A stretch of 64,000 bases of DNA from Marispirochaeta sp. (GTDB lineage Bacteria; Spirochaetota; Spirochaetia; JC444; Marispirochaetaceae), in assembly GCA_963676835.2 (NCBI GenBank), contig CAXXFF010000003.1:640001-704000 (forward strand). Reading direction: 5' to 3'. The notes beneath the pieces were generated by a model that worked only from the letters and a program-made list of their open reading frames with translations, did no database searches and was not told where the DNA came from. Of this stretch, positions 49,362-59,633 are shown piece by piece; position 1 is the first letter of the stretch; every line of letters starts with the position of its first letter. The position numbers and the translations under genes are program-made.

Positions 49362-50733
49362 GTACAGCAGCTCCAGTTAATTGAAGTAGTTCCTGCGCCT
49401 GCACAAGCTCACTGCTGTCTGATTCTGCAGAGGAATCAATAATGCCCGAAAGAATAGTCCGGGCCTCACTGTTTTTTCCCCCGTCCAGAAGCAGCCGGCA
49501 TTTTATGAGCAGCAGGGCATTGCTCCGGTAATACCCGAGACCGGTGTTCACATACCTCCAGGCATCTTCGGATGTTCCATTTGTATAATTGATTTCGGCT
49601 ATGAAGCAGCAGCAGTCGGCCGCTTTTTCCAAGTCTTCCCGGGTCTGCAGGCTCAGTGATTCAAGAGACTTTTCTCTGGTATGAACCGCCTGCTTAAACT
49701 TATATTGGCAGAGGTAGCAATCAGACAAAAGCTTGAGAACTTCATAAGATCCTTGCAGAGACTTACGGGTAAGAATACCTTCAGCGTCGGCATAGTTCTC
49801 AAGCAGAATTGCCGTACGGGCTGCACCTATCAGAGATGGTCGATGTTCAGGATTAATTTCCATACTTCGGGAAAACAGTTCAAAAGCCTCGAGGTGATCT
49901 TCCCTCTGCTCCTTCAACAGAGCCGCATAATAAATATAGAGAAAGTTCTCAGGGTCCTTTCTTCGAAGCAGAACCATCTCATACTCTGCCCGCGGAAGAT
50001 CTCCCATCTGCACACAGACTGTCACCAGCTTATCCAGGTATTCAGTACTGTCCGGGTCCAGGTCCCTCAGGCGGTGGTAATAGCGGTAAGCTGATTCCCA
50101 CTCCTGCTGTTCCACAGAAACCTCCGCAAGTACTTTTAAAGCAAGATGATTTGCCGGATCAGCAGCCAGCACTGCCCCCATGGAAGCTGCCACCCGTTTG
50201 TAATTTGTCGAATCCATGGGATTTGCATAAAACAGTGCCGCATTGAAATAGAGCTGTGCCGGTATTGATTCGGGAGCAATGGCAAGAACATCCGACATGG
50301 TAGATGCACAGAGAATAAACTCTTTCTCTTTAAACAGAAGGATTCCGTCATCAACCATGGTTTGCAGGAATGCTGTACCAGCAGGCGAAACACCAGATGA
50401 TTCGCGCACAGCCATGGCAAGAGCTCGCTGATCCTGACGGAGGGCATAGATACTGGAATTCATCTGCCGTTCCAGCAGACTCACCTTATTTTTGAGCTGG
50501 AACTGGGCTGTTTTTATCTCGACAAAATAATCCAGGTTTTGAGAAAAACCGGAATTAAGACTGGAAAGCAGCCGGTCGGTATTCTCTGCACTCAGTTCCA
50601 GGATTGCCTGCTGCTGCTCGTTCTGTGTCTGCAGAAAACAGAGCAGTGACTCATTTATCTCGGAGGTCCTATGCAGAATCAGGCCATAGGAGGTGATGAT
50701 TGTAGTTAAAATTAGAGCAGACAGCTTCTTCAT
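49354..50733 (-). CDS. Tetratricopeptide-repeat protein with N-terminal anchor and coiled coil
   Basis: Repeated helical units ending LAIAP, LAADP, RDLDP, RRKDP, MEINP; 8-nt overlap with the next gene. Confidence 0.8.
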   Translation of the reverse strand: MKKLSALILTTIITSYGLILHRTSEINESLLCFLQTQNEQQQAILELSAENTDRLLSSLNSGFSQNLDYFVEIKTAQFQLKNKVSLLERQMNSSIYALRQDQRALAMAVRESSGVSPAGTAFLQTMVDDGILLFKEKEFILCASTMSDVLAIAPESIPAQLYFNAALFYANPMDSTNYKRVAASMGAVLAADPANHLALKVLAEVSVEQQEWESAYRYYHRLRDLDPDSTEYLDKLVTVCVQMGDLPRAEYEMVLLRRKDPENFLYIYYAALLKEQREDHLEAFELFSRSMEINPEHRPSLIGAARTAILLENYADAEGILTRKSLQGSYEVLKLLSDCYLCQYKFKQAVHTREKSLESLSLQTREDLEKAADCCCFIAEINYTNGTSEDAWRYVNTGLGYYRSNALLLIKCRLLLDGGKNSEARTILSGIIDSSAESDSSELVQAQELLQLTGAAVHG

Positions 50734-50787
50734 ACAAAAAGAAACCGCAAAAAGTGCTGTCTGCTTCTAGGTTATAAAACTTTTTTT

Positions 50788-52803
50788 CTAAAACTCCATA
50801 AAATCATCATCAGAATCATCTGCAAACGATTCTTCCGGTGCGGATGGCCGCAATGTAACGCCAGAAGCAGCATTACCTGCAGGCTGCCCCTCAGGCAGCA
50901 GCTTCTGTCTGGCCGGTGCCGGTTTGGGTTTTTCTATTCGTTGTTGCTCTCCGTCTATCCTGAAAAACCTTATACTATCCCTTAGCCGTTCTGCTTCCCC
51001 TGCAAGCTCCTGGGCAGTTGCCGCAAGCTCTTCCGCGGAGGAGGCATTTGCCTGAATAACCCCGTCCAACTGCTGGATGGCTGTGTTAATCTGCTCTGCA
51101 CCGATCTGCTGCTCTTTGCTTGAAGAGGAGATCTCCTGAACCAGGTCGGCGGTCCGCTTTATATCAGGTACAAGCTTTTCAAGAATTTCTCCGGACATCT
51201 GGTTTACCTTTACCGAGTCCCGGCTTCGTTCAGTAATTTCCTTGGCGGCATCCCGGCTCCGTTCCGCAAGCTTACGAACCTCTGCAGCCACCACGGCAAA
51301 GCCCTTCCCGGCTTCTCCCGCCCTGGCCGCTTCAATGGCGGCATTAAGGGCCAGCAGATTTGTCTGCCGGGCAATTTCATCGATAATAGAAATCTTCTCG
51401 GCAATTTCATTCATGGCCTTCAGAGAACCGGCCACTGCTGTACCGGATTCCTCTGCATCAAGGGCAGCCTGAATAGCAATCTTCTCTGTCTGAAATGAGT
51501 AATCCGCACTCTGGGTAATAGTTGAAGACATCTCTTCAACCGAGGCAGAAACCTCTTCCGCATTGGCCGCCTGTTCCGTTGAACCGGAAGAGAGGGACTG
51601 GGAAGATTCAGAAATAGCGCGGCTGCCGTCAGCTATGTGGTCAGCAGAAGAACTGACGCTGCCTACCACTGCTCTTAACTGTTCAATCATTCTTCCCATT
51701 GACCGGGCAAGCCCGCCTAACTCATCTTTACGGCCAGTCAGCTTTTTATCCGTAAAAAGCCTGAGTTTCCCGTTGGCAACTTCTTCCAGAGAGCGGGAAA
51801 TTAAGATAATCGGACGGGAAAAGGAGCGGCTGGTAATCCAGCTGGTAACAACAAAGAGAACAATAGAAGCGGCGAAAAGAGTCAGATACAGAACAACAAG
51901 TCTGTCCACAGGGGCAAAAACCTCAGAGGAATCTGCAAAGGTCAGCAGGGTCCAGCCGCCGGAAAGCAGCTGAAAGCCAACAAGCTTTCTTCCATGCTGT
52001 ATAACACCGGATACTTTCCCCGAAGCAACTGCAGCAGCAAGCTGTTCTGCCAATGTCGTATCCAGATCTTTAAGGGTCTTTCCTTCATTGGTTTCCACCG
52101 GATTGGCAATAAAGGTACCGCCGCTTCCCAGGAGGGCATAATATCCCTTCTGCATGAACTTTCTGCTTATAAGATCATCCCGAAGATCCACAACAAAGTT
52201 ATCTATACCGACAACCCCTACAACCCGGTTTTCGACTGTTAGAGATTGGGTGTAGCTTATCAGCTTGCCGTCAAAGCCTTCCCAGTCGTAGGGATCTGTA
52301 ATATTTACGCCCTTCTCTTCTGCGCCCCACATCCATTCCCAGTTGGGATCATGACCAATATCAGCCCGGGTATATACAGACTGACTTTCTAATCCGATGC
52401 TGCCGTCATCCTGCCGGCGGACGGTAAACTTCATATAATCCGGCGAAACATACTCCGGCGAGTACCATACATACAGATCGAGAAGATCATTGCCGGAAAG
52501 AATTCCCCGGGCGGCCGGAAGAAGCTGTCCCTGAATCTCTTCCATTACTTCTGCATCGGCCAGAGATTCGAGGGACAGATACTCTGCAAGTACACCTTTG
52601 TAAGCTCTGGTAAGATAACTGAGACGATTGAAATATCCCTCTATTTCCCCGGCCCAGACTTCCGTTGATTTGCTGATTATTTCATGGGTATCGGCGGTAA
52701 GAGAAGAAAGTGACTGGGTCAGACTGACCGCCATAAACAGTGCAATAATGATAATAAAAGGAATAATGGTTGCCAGAAGAAACCTGGTGGAGATCTTTTT
52801 CAC
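50788..52803 (-). CDS. Methyl-accepting chemotaxis protein (dCache, HAMP)
   Basis: Start re-assigned to GTG 52803; two TM helices, [40 protein letters not shown]-terminal DDDFMEF. Confidence 0.95.
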   Translation of the reverse strand: MKKISTRFLLATIIPFIIIIALFMAVSLTQSLSSLTADTHEIISKSTEVWAGEIEGYFNRLSYLTRAYKGVLAEYLSLESLADAEVMEEIQGQLLPAARGILSGNDLLDLYVWYSPEYVSPDYMKFTVRRQDDGSIGLESQSVYTRADIGHDPNWEWMWGAEEKGVNITDPYDWEGFDGKLISYTQSLTVENRVVGVVGIDNFVVDLRDDLISRKFMQKGYYALLGSGGTFIANPVETNEGKTLKDLDTTLAEQLAAAVASGKVSGVIQHGRKLVGFQLLSGGWTLLTFADSSEVFAPVDRLVVLYLTLFAASIVLFVVTSWITSRSFSRPIILISRSLEEVANGKLRLFTDKKLTGRKDELGGLARSMGRMIEQLRAVVGSVSSSADHIADGSRAISESSQSLSSGSTEQAANAEEVSASVEEMSSTITQSADYSFQTEKIAIQAALDAEESGTAVAGSLKAMNEIAEKISIIDEIARQTNLLALNAAIEAARAGEAGKGFAVVAAEVRKLAERSRDAAKEITERSRDSVKVNQMSGEILEKLVPDIKRTADLVQEISSSSKEQQIGAEQINTAIQQLDGVIQANASSAEELAATAQELAGEAERLRDSIRFFRIDGEQQRIEKPKPAPARQKLLPEGQPAGNAASGVTLRPSAPEESFADDSDDDFMEF

Positions 52804-53051
52804 AGGATGTTTCCCCCTCTGCTTTAAGTATATAAAGCCCACAACGAAGTGCAACATTTTGCCCGGTAATTAAAGGAGAACTTACACTGAGTTAGATTTT
52901 AAATACCCCGGGGCTTGAAGGAGAAATGGAATCTCCCTCGTGTATACATTCTCCCCCTCTCCGTTTAGTATAAGCCCTGCTCCTGTACAACCCGCTGTAA
53001 ACAAAGGCAAACAGGACAATCACCCGACAGAATCCTTCAGAAAAGGCGTAT

Positions 53052-53597
53052 ATGAATATTTATCTGGACCTGTTTCTAACCTTTGCCCGTATAGGCGGGC
53101 TTACCTTCGGCGGCGGCTATGCCATGCTGCCAATTCTGCAGCGTGAGGTTGTAGAAAAGAGAAAGTGGGTAAGCCACGATGAACTGATGGACTACTACGC
53201 CGTGGGACAGTGTACCCCCGGCATTATAGCCATAAACACCGCAACCTTTATCGGGAACCGGCAGAAGGGAGTCCCCGGCGGCATAAGCGCCACCCTGGGC
53301 ATGGTGTTTCCATCCCTGATAATTATCACCATTATTGCAGCATTTATCAGCAATTTTGCGGAACTGCCGCTGATTAAAAACGCCTTTGCAGGGATTCGGG
53401 TTTGTGTGTTTGTGCTGGTGGTTCAGGCCATACTCAAACTCAAAAAAAATGCCCTTATTGATCTGTGGACAGGAATAATCTTCGCCATAGTGTTCCTCGC
53501 ATCCGTACTTACCAGCCTTTCGCCGGTAATCTTCATCCTGCTTGCAGGTGCAGCGGGAGCGGTGCTGCAGAGCATGAAAGGAAAGATACACCAATGA
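53052..53597 (+). CDS. chrA: Short-chain chromate transporter subunit 1
   Basis: FARIGGLTFGGGYAM, GQCTPG. Confidence 0.92.
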   Translation: MNIYLDLFLTFARIGGLTFGGGYAMLPILQREVVEKRKWVSHDELMDYYAVGQCTPGIIAINTATFIGNRQKGVPGGISATLGMVFPSLIIITIIAAFISNFAELPLIKNAFAGIRVCVFVLVVQAILKLKKNALIDLWTGIIFAIVFLASVLTSLSPVIFILLAGAAGAVLQSMKGKIHQ

Positions 53598-54166
53598 TAT
53601 TTCTACAGCTCTACTTCGAATACTTTAAAGCCGGACTTTTTGCCATAGGCGGAGGGCTTGCCACCCTGCCATTCCTCTACACCATGTCCGACAATACTTC
53701 ATGGTTTACCCACACCCAGCTGGCAGACATGCTTGCAGTATCGGAATCGACCCCCGGACCGATAGGGGTGAATATGTCTACCTATGTTGGTTTTACCACC
53801 GCGGGACTTCCTGGAAGCATCGTGGCTACCATGGGGCTGGTGAGTCCCTCGGTTATTGTTGTGCTTATAATTGCCCGGTTTCTGCAGAAGTTTAATGAAA
53901 CCCCTCTGGTAAAAGGCACCTTTTACGGCTTAAGGCCTGCTTCTCTTGGGCTTATTGCGGCTGCAGGCTGGGGAGTTCTGCAGATTTCCCTGCTCAACCT
54001 GCCCCTCTTTCGTGAAACAGAAAGTTATCTGAATCTGTTTCACTGGAAGGGAATGCTCCTTGCCCTGGGGATTTTTCTGGTATTAAAATTCAGGAAAGTA
54101 CATCCCGTTGCTCTCATTGCAGTATCTGCAGTAACCGGAGCCGTTTTTCGATTTGCCGGGGCTTAA
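53594..54166 (+). CDS. chrA: Short-chain chromate transporter subunit 2
   Basis: Start re-assigned to ATG 53594 (ATGA overlap); GLFAIGGGLA, SESTPGPIGVN. Confidence 0.92.
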   Translation: MIFLQLYFEYFKAGLFAIGGGLATLPFLYTMSDNTSWFTHTQLADMLAVSESTPGPIGVNMSTYVGFTTAGLPGSIVATMGLVSPSVIVVLIIARFLQKFNETPLVKGTFYGLRPASLGLIAAAGWGVLQISLLNLPLFRETESYLNLFHWKGMLLALGIFLVLKFRKVHPVALIAVSAVTGAVFRFAGA

Positions 54167-54252
54167 TAATCAGGCCCCGAACTGAGAAATTATCAGGTAA
54201 GTACTTTATATTTAACATGTAAAAACTATATTTCAAAAAAGGAGATTATGTC

Positions 54253-55089
54253 GTGAAAAGAAACAGTAAAATAAGTGTTGAAGGGAACGAAATATCCATT
54301 TTTACAAAAGATGAACAGGACTATATTTCTTTGACTGATATGGTTCGGGAAATGGAAAATGGACCAGCACTTATTGAGAAATGGCTGAGAAATAAAAACA
54401 CTATTGAGTTCATTGGAATTTGGGAGCAAATTTATAATCCAGGGTTTAATTCCCCCGAATTCGAGGGAATTAAAAACCAGGCGGGATTAAACAGGTTTAT
54501 CTTATCAGTTAAGCAATGGGTGGAGAAAACAGGTTCTATCGGAATCATAGCAAAAGCGGGACGTTATGGAGGAACTTATGCTCATAAAGATATTGCTTTT
54601 GAATTTGCATCCTGGATATCACCTAAATTTAAGCTGTATTTGATAAAGGAATTTCAGCGCTTAAAGGATGATGAATTAAAACTGCTCGGCTGGGATATTC
54701 GCAGGAACCTTGCAAAAATAAATTATCGTATTCATACTGATGCCATTAAGGAAAACCTTGTCCCCGATCTCCTGTCGAAACAGCAGATAAACCTGGTGTA
54801 TGCCGAAGAGGCGGATGTTCTGAATATGGCCCTCTTCGGAAAAACTGCCGTGCAGTGGCGGAAGGACAACCCTGGTATATCCGGAAATATCCGTGATTAT
54901 GCAAATGTTTCCCAGCTGGTATGCCTGGCTAACCTGGAAATTCTGAATGCCCACTTTTTGCAGGAGCATATATCTCAAAATGAGCGTTTACTCAGGCTTA
55001 ATCAAACGGCTATATCACAGATGAAGGTTCTGACACAGGAAAGAAGAATAGAAATGATTGAGCAGGATATTTCGTCGCATGAGAAATAG
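54253..55089 (+). CDS. KilA-N domain protein
   Basis: DYISLTDM, WLRNKNTIEF, GRYGGTYAHKDIAFEFASWISP. Confidence 0.92.
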   Translation: MKRNSKISVEGNEISIFTKDEQDYISLTDMVREMENGPALIEKWLRNKNTIEFIGIWEQIYNPGFNSPEFEGIKNQAGLNRFILSVKQWVEKTGSIGIIAKAGRYGGTYAHKDIAFEFASWISPKFKLYLIKEFQRLKDDELKLLGWDIRRNLAKINYRIHTDAIKENLVPDLLSKQQINLVYAEEADVLNMALFGKTAVQWRKDNPGISGNIRDYANVSQLVCLANLEILNAHFLQEHISQNERLLRLNQTAISQMKVLTQERRIEMIEQDISSHEK

Positions 55090-55093
55090 AGTG

Positions 55094-55126
55094 TACTTAA
55101 TTGAGACTGGAATACTCAATTAAGTA
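55094..55126. terminator. AT-rich 12-bp hairpin after kilA-N (terminator or protein-binding site)
   Basis: TACTTAATTGAG-N9-CTCAATTAAGTA perfect inverted repeat; no clear U-tract. Confidence 0.4.
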
Positions 55127-55160
55127 TTAGTCTGATGTTAATGAAACGTTATTTACTGAA

Positions 55161-55366
55161 AAATTACCCGCAGACCTTTCTCAATTTGCTATAACCACTG
55201 ATTGGGATTAAACCCAATCACCCCCCGAACATCATCTCATGGGTCTCCAGAGATCCGTAACCTTCAACCTCTTCCCGCACAAGACCGTTTCCGGACAGTG
55301 TCGAGCGTACAATCCGCTTATTAAAGGGGCTGATATTTTCGTAGTTGAGAAAATCCTCCACGGGCA
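55161..55366. repeat. Duplicate of the Nudix gene 3' end and downstream flank
   Basis: Matches 56292-56496 with 5 substitutions and one 1-bp indel by eye. Confidence 0.93.
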
Positions 55367-55648
55367 CAACAATAATTGAGTATCCATCCAGTTATTTACA
55401 GATATATTGCTATTGAACCTGCCAACTGCTCCGAACAATTTCATATACACTCAAAAGTAGGTTATAATATTGGTATAAGGCATTTCTAAAAACGTAGTAT
55501 TTTTGCCATAGCCTAGGAGGATAGATTTTATAGCGCCCGCAAACTCTTGTGGTAACAAGAGTTGAGGACCGCGGGAAATCTTGACGACACAGGATATGGA
55601 GAAAAGAGTAGTTTTTAGAGGTGGCCTATATATACAAAGGAGGTAGAA

Positions 55649-55867
55649 ATGAGACAAACACTTTACGTTGATGGAGAAGTCCTGGATGAGCATACCATTC
55701 ATGTAAAAGAAAATCTGAAAGCTGCAATAGGCAAGGTAAAACTTATAGTAGAGATGCCCGATCAGCAGGAAACAGATTCAGCGAGTAGCTTTGAACAGTA
55801 TTTCCGCAACCAGAACCTGGACTTAAAAGGTTTTAAATTTAATCGGGATTCGGCAAATGAGCGTTAA
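55649..55867 (+). CDS. Putative antitoxin of a PIN-domain TA pair
   Basis: 72 aa, strong SD AAGGAGG, C-terminal FKFNRDSANER, overlaps the PIN gene. Confidence 0.75.
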   Translation: MRQTLYVDGEVLDEHTIHVKENLKAAIGKVKLIVEMPDQQETDSASSFEQYFRNQNLDLKGFKFNRDSANER

Positions 55868-56255
55868 ATCGTTCATCGATACAAATGTTCTCGTATATTT
55901 ACTGGATACCGATCTTCACAAAAAAAATATTGCGTTAAACCTGTTTAAGAATACTCCGACGATCTCATTAAACGTTTTAAACGAGTATAGTAATGTTTGT
56001 CGTAAGAAATTCCGCCGTCCCATATCAAATATCAAAAGTGATATAGAAATACTTATACAAAAAGTAAATCTGATTATTCCTGATCTGCATACTGTTCAAC
56101 ATGCCTTAGAACTTGCAGAACAGCTGGGATATTCTCACTTTGACAGTTTAATGCTTGCATCTGCTCTTGAGTCTGACTGTACCGTTTTCTATTCTGAGGA
56201 TCTTCAAGATGGACAGTTAATCAAGGGGTCACTAAGGATATGTAACCCTTTTTAA
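55857..56255 (+). CDS. PIN-domain (VapC-like) toxin
   Basis: FIDTNVLVY, VLNEY, FDSLMLASAL, YSEDLQDG. Confidence 0.92.
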   Translation: MSVKSFIDTNVLVYLLDTDLHKKNIALNLFKNTPTISLNVLNEYSNVCRKKFRRPISNIKSDIEILIQKVNLIIPDLHTVQHALELAEQLGYSHFDSLMLASALESDCTVFYSEDLQDGQLIKGSLRICNPF

Positions 56256-56347
56256 CGACTGTACTTTCCAATAATAAGTGATACAGTAAACAAATTACCC
56301 GCAACCTTTCACAATTTGCTATAACCACTGATTGGGATTAAACCCAA

Positions 56348-57097
56348 TCACCCCCCGAACATCATCTCATGGGTCTCCAGGGATCCGTAACCTTCAACCT
56401 CTTCCCGTACAAGACCGTTTCCGGACAGTGTCGAGCGTACAATCCGCTTATTAAAGGGGCTGATGTTTTCGTGGTTGAGAAAATCCTCCACGGGCATCCA
56501 GAGGGCCTCGTGGATCTCTTCGGTATCCATGGTAATATCGAAACTCAAAGGTTTCAGGCGGCAGACATAGTAGATATCCGACTTTTCATAACGGTAGCCG
56601 TGCCAATGGCGGAAGCAGGAAATATACTGAAACTCCGTCTGTATTCCAGTCTCTTCCAGAACCTCCCGCACAACAGCTTCGGAGATATGTTCGCCGGAAT
56701 TGAGTGCCCCTCCGGGCAGCTTAAAACGTCGGGTTTCAGTAATGTAGTACTTCTCGCTTATAACCAGCAGCCTGTTCTGATCATCCAGAACCACCCCGCC
56801 GGCGCCTATATAATGGGTAGCATAGGGAGGAATATAGGACCCCTCAACAAGAGTACAGGTCATATGCAGATATTCAGGCTCCGCATGATGGTAAATAAAT
56901 CCCCTGCCGGCTGCGATGGGGACAAATTCGGATTTCGCCAGGGGAAGGGTCATCCAGAGAACCTTGATATTCTGATTATTAAGATCTTTTATTGTTTCAT
57001 CGAGTCGGAGAATAAATTCTTCATTATTATCCGGCAGCCCGGCGGCATCAATTACAGCTCCGCCAAAGGGATTCAGTTCGTAGGGTAATGTCTGCAT
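56348..57097 (-). CDS. Nudix hydrolase (Nudt6-like, with N-terminal extension)
   Basis: Nudix box GGALNSGEHISEAVVREVLEETGI; GFIYHHA and PPYATHYIGAGG. Confidence 0.92.
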   Translation of the reverse strand: MQTLPYELNPFGGAVIDAAGLPDNNEEFILRLDETIKDLNNQNIKVLWMTLPLAKSEFVPIAAGRGFIYHHAEPEYLHMTCTLVEGSYIPPYATHYIGAGGVVLDDQNRLLVISEKYYITETRRFKLPGGALNSGEHISEAVVREVLEETGIQTEFQYISCFRHWHGYRYEKSDIYYVCRLKPLSFDITMDTEEIHEALWMPVEDFLNHENISPFNKRIVRSTLSGNGLVREEVEGYGSLETHEMMFGG

Positions 57098-57142
57098 GAC
57101 AGGACTGTACCGGGACTTTCCGAAAATTACAAGATTACCATA

Positions 57143-58279
57143 TCAGGCTGACCAGATTTTCTTGACCATCTCAATACGGCTGTTGATTATCTCCGGAGTC
57201 ATGCCTATAAGCTGCAGAGCGAGACCTGCCGTGGGCAGTTCATCGTGAATCTGCTGAAGATCGCTATCAGACAGGTCACCAAGAATGTACAGCCGTTTAT
57301 GCTCAAGGATAGTTTTAAACCACGGCATCATCTCGGCGATGCTCATGCCCACATCATCCAGGTTGACTTCTATTACATCCAGTTCGGGAATTTGTACAAG
57401 GTCGTCTACAGTATAAAGTGCCCCGGAATGGAGATGAATGCCGGTTAGAGGCAGGTTGCCCGCCAGTTTCTGTTCCGACGACAGTACATACTGACGGTAC
57501 AGATCCGGCGACCAGTATGAGAGGGCATCATCCTGAAACCAGCCGCAGCGCTGCTCAGCCCACAAGGTCTGCAGACTGAAGGAGTACCCTCCCTCCCAGG
57601 GAACAATATGCTTCTGCTGAGCCTCGGCAACACTTTCCCAGCGGCGGGTTATTACCTTCAGAGCCTCTGTTACATTCTCCGGCTGATCATAAATATCAAA
57701 GATTGTCTGCTCCGCACCCCGCAGAACTGAAAGAAGGTCCACGGGTCCACGCATAAGGCTCATAGCAACAGGGAATCGTCCCTCGGACAGGCGGTTGAGC
57801 CAGTCAAGAAACTCGAGCAGCACATCCAGCCAGTCCAGGCGAAGCCGTTTCTCTTCAATTATTTCTGCACTTGAAAAACTCCCGTGCTCTGCCTGAATAT
57901 TTCCATCTTTATTCGAAATCGGTGAGCCGAGAATTGCCTCTACCCAGGGAAACACCATAAGAGGAAAAGCCGCCCAGGGAATATCCTCGTCAATTTTCAG
58001 GTGTGCAGTATATAGCCTCTCATAGTCTTCACGGAAACTCTCAAAGGAAATATCCGATGGTAAGAGCAGGCCGTTTTCCATTTTCGCCAAGCCGGTTCTG
58101 TAGTTATATCCAACCTCGAAGTTACCCATCCATGCTGCAAGCAGAGGGCGGTCTACTTTTTTTCGGTCCCAGAAATCTCTGCTGCGCTGAAGATTAATAT
58201 TAAGTTTACTCTTTTCCACCATTACGTCCTTTGTACTCATTCGGGAACCATGAATCTGGGTGATATATTCTATGCACAA
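57143..58279 (-). CDS. Uroporphyrinogen decarboxylase / methyltransferase (UroD/MetE-like) superfamily protein
   Basis: GPVDLLSVLRG, FQDD...WSPDLYRQYV, IHLHS; the true start may be a later codon. Confidence 0.65.
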   Translation of the reverse strand: MCIEYITQIHGSRMSTKDVMVEKSKLNINLQRSRDFWDRKKVDRPLLAAWMGNFEVGYNYRTGLAKMENGLLLPSDISFESFREDYERLYTAHLKIDEDIPWAAFPLMVFPWVEAILGSPISNKDGNIQAEHGSFSSAEIIEEKRLRLDWLDVLLEFLDWLNRLSEGRFPVAMSLMRGPVDLLSVLRGAEQTIFDIYDQPENVTEALKVITRRWESVAEAQQKHIVPWEGGYSFSLQTLWAEQRCGWFQDDALSYWSPDLYRQYVLSSEQKLAGNLPLTGIHLHSGALYTVDDLVQIPELDVIEVNLDDVGMSIAEMMPWFKTILEHKRLYILGDLSDSDLQQIHDELPTAGLALQLIGMTPEIINSRIEMVKKIWSA

Positions 58280-58352
58280 TACACCCGATTCTACATTTTT
58301 ATATTTACCGTCTTGCTGTTGCCTGTATCCTGCAGCTATTCACAGAAGAATA

Positions 58353-59633
58353 TCAGTGAATAATCAGATTAGGAAGAAACAGGGATATCAGCGGTATATA
58401 CGCTACGGCTAAAATTACAACAAACGAAATTGCGATTAACGGAAGAATTTCAATAATCAGGGCTTTCAACGGAACCTTTCCTACAGCAGAAGCTACATAG
58501 AGGATAATCCCAACCGGAGGCGTTATTCCTCCGAAGATAAAGGTTAATACCATGATCATAGCGAAATGTACCGGGTCGAGTCCGATTGACGCGGCAATAG
58601 GTGCAAAAATCGGTACCATGATTATTGCCGCAGCGGTGGTATCCATAAAAAGGCCGATAACAAGCATTACCAGAATCATGGCAAAAAGTACCACATTCGG
58701 ATTGCTCGATATCCCGGTAATGATTCCCGACACCGCAACAGGAAACCCTTCCTTGGCAAGAAGCCAGGAAAATGCGCTCGCGGAAGCGACAATAAGCATG
58801 GCCATTCCGGTGGTTCTGGCACTGTTCAGCATGGTCTTAAGAATATTGGTCAGTTTGAACTCTTTATACACAAAAATGCCGATTATCAGGCCATAACCGG
58901 AAGCGACAGCTCCAGCTTCAGTGGCAGTAAAACCTCCGGACAGAATCCCTCCAATAATAATCAGGGGCATTATTAACGCAGGTATTGCATCGAGAAAACC
59001 CAACCATAACTGCTTCCAGGTAAATGGAATAGATGTACCGTCATATTTCTCCGGATTTTGTTTTGCCCGGATAAAGGCATAAACCATCTGCGCAAGGCCG
59101 GTAACAATTCCGGGGATAAATCCTGCAAGAAAGAGCTTTCCAATCGAAATACCGGTAATTGATCCATACAGAACCATTAAAATACTGGGAGGTATAATAG
59201 ACCCGATAGTTGCACTGGCAGCTGTAATTGCAGCAGAATATGGTCGGTGAAAACCCGCCTTTTCCATGGAGGAAATTACCATGTTACCGATAGACGCAAC
59301 ATCTGCTGTAGAAGAACCGGAAATACCTGCCATCAGCATACTGGCAAATATATTTACATGTGCCAGCCCTCCTGCAATAAATCCAACCAGAGACTGAGCG
59401 AAGGTGATAATACGCTTTGTAACCCCACATTCATTCATTATTTCCCCGGCAAAAATAAAGAGGGGAATGGCCATAAGGGTAAAAGAGTCTGCTCCGGCAA
59501 ACATCCGCTGTGTAATAATTATCAGGTTACTGCCGGTTATGCCCAGATAAAAGAGAGTAGAAAGACCGAGGGTAAAACTGACGGGAACGCCGAAGAGCAG
59601 TAAAAGAAAGAAAAAGATTATTACAGTTACCAT
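58353..59633 (-). CDS. dctM: TRAP transporter large permease
   Basis: AIPLFIFAGEIM, ISGSSTAD, IIPPS, TATEA, ITPPVG. Confidence 0.95.
   Translation of the reverse strand: MVTVIIFFFLLLLFGVPVSFTLGLSTLFYLGITGSNLIIITQRMFAGADSFTLMAIPLFIFAGEIMNECGVTKRIITFAQSLVGFIAGGLAHVNIFASMLMAGISGSSTADVASIGNMVISSMEKAGFHRPYSAAITAASATIGSIIPPSILMVLYGSITGISIGKLFLAGFIPGIVTGLAQMVYAFIRAKQNPEKYDGTSIPFTWKQLWLGFLDAIPALIMPLIIIGGILSGGFTATEAGAVASGYGLIIGIFVYKEFKLTNILKTMLNSARTTGMAMLIVASASAFSWLLAKEGFPVAVSGIITGISSNPNVVLFAMILVMLVIGLFMDTTAAAIIMVPIFAPIAASIGLDPVHFAMIMVLTFIFGGITPPVGIILYVASAVGKVPLKALIIEILPLIAISFVVILAVAYIPLISLFLPNLIIH

Noticed and set aside
55536..55575. Hairpin AACTCTTGT-ggta-ACAAGAGTT as an integron attC site
   Set aside because: Too short, poor RYYYAAC match, single copy, no integron integrase.
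55161..56496. Diversity-generating retroelement (TR/VR pair at a gene 3' end)
   Set aside because: Differences are not confined to adenines on either strand, one is an indel, and no reverse transcriptase is in the window.
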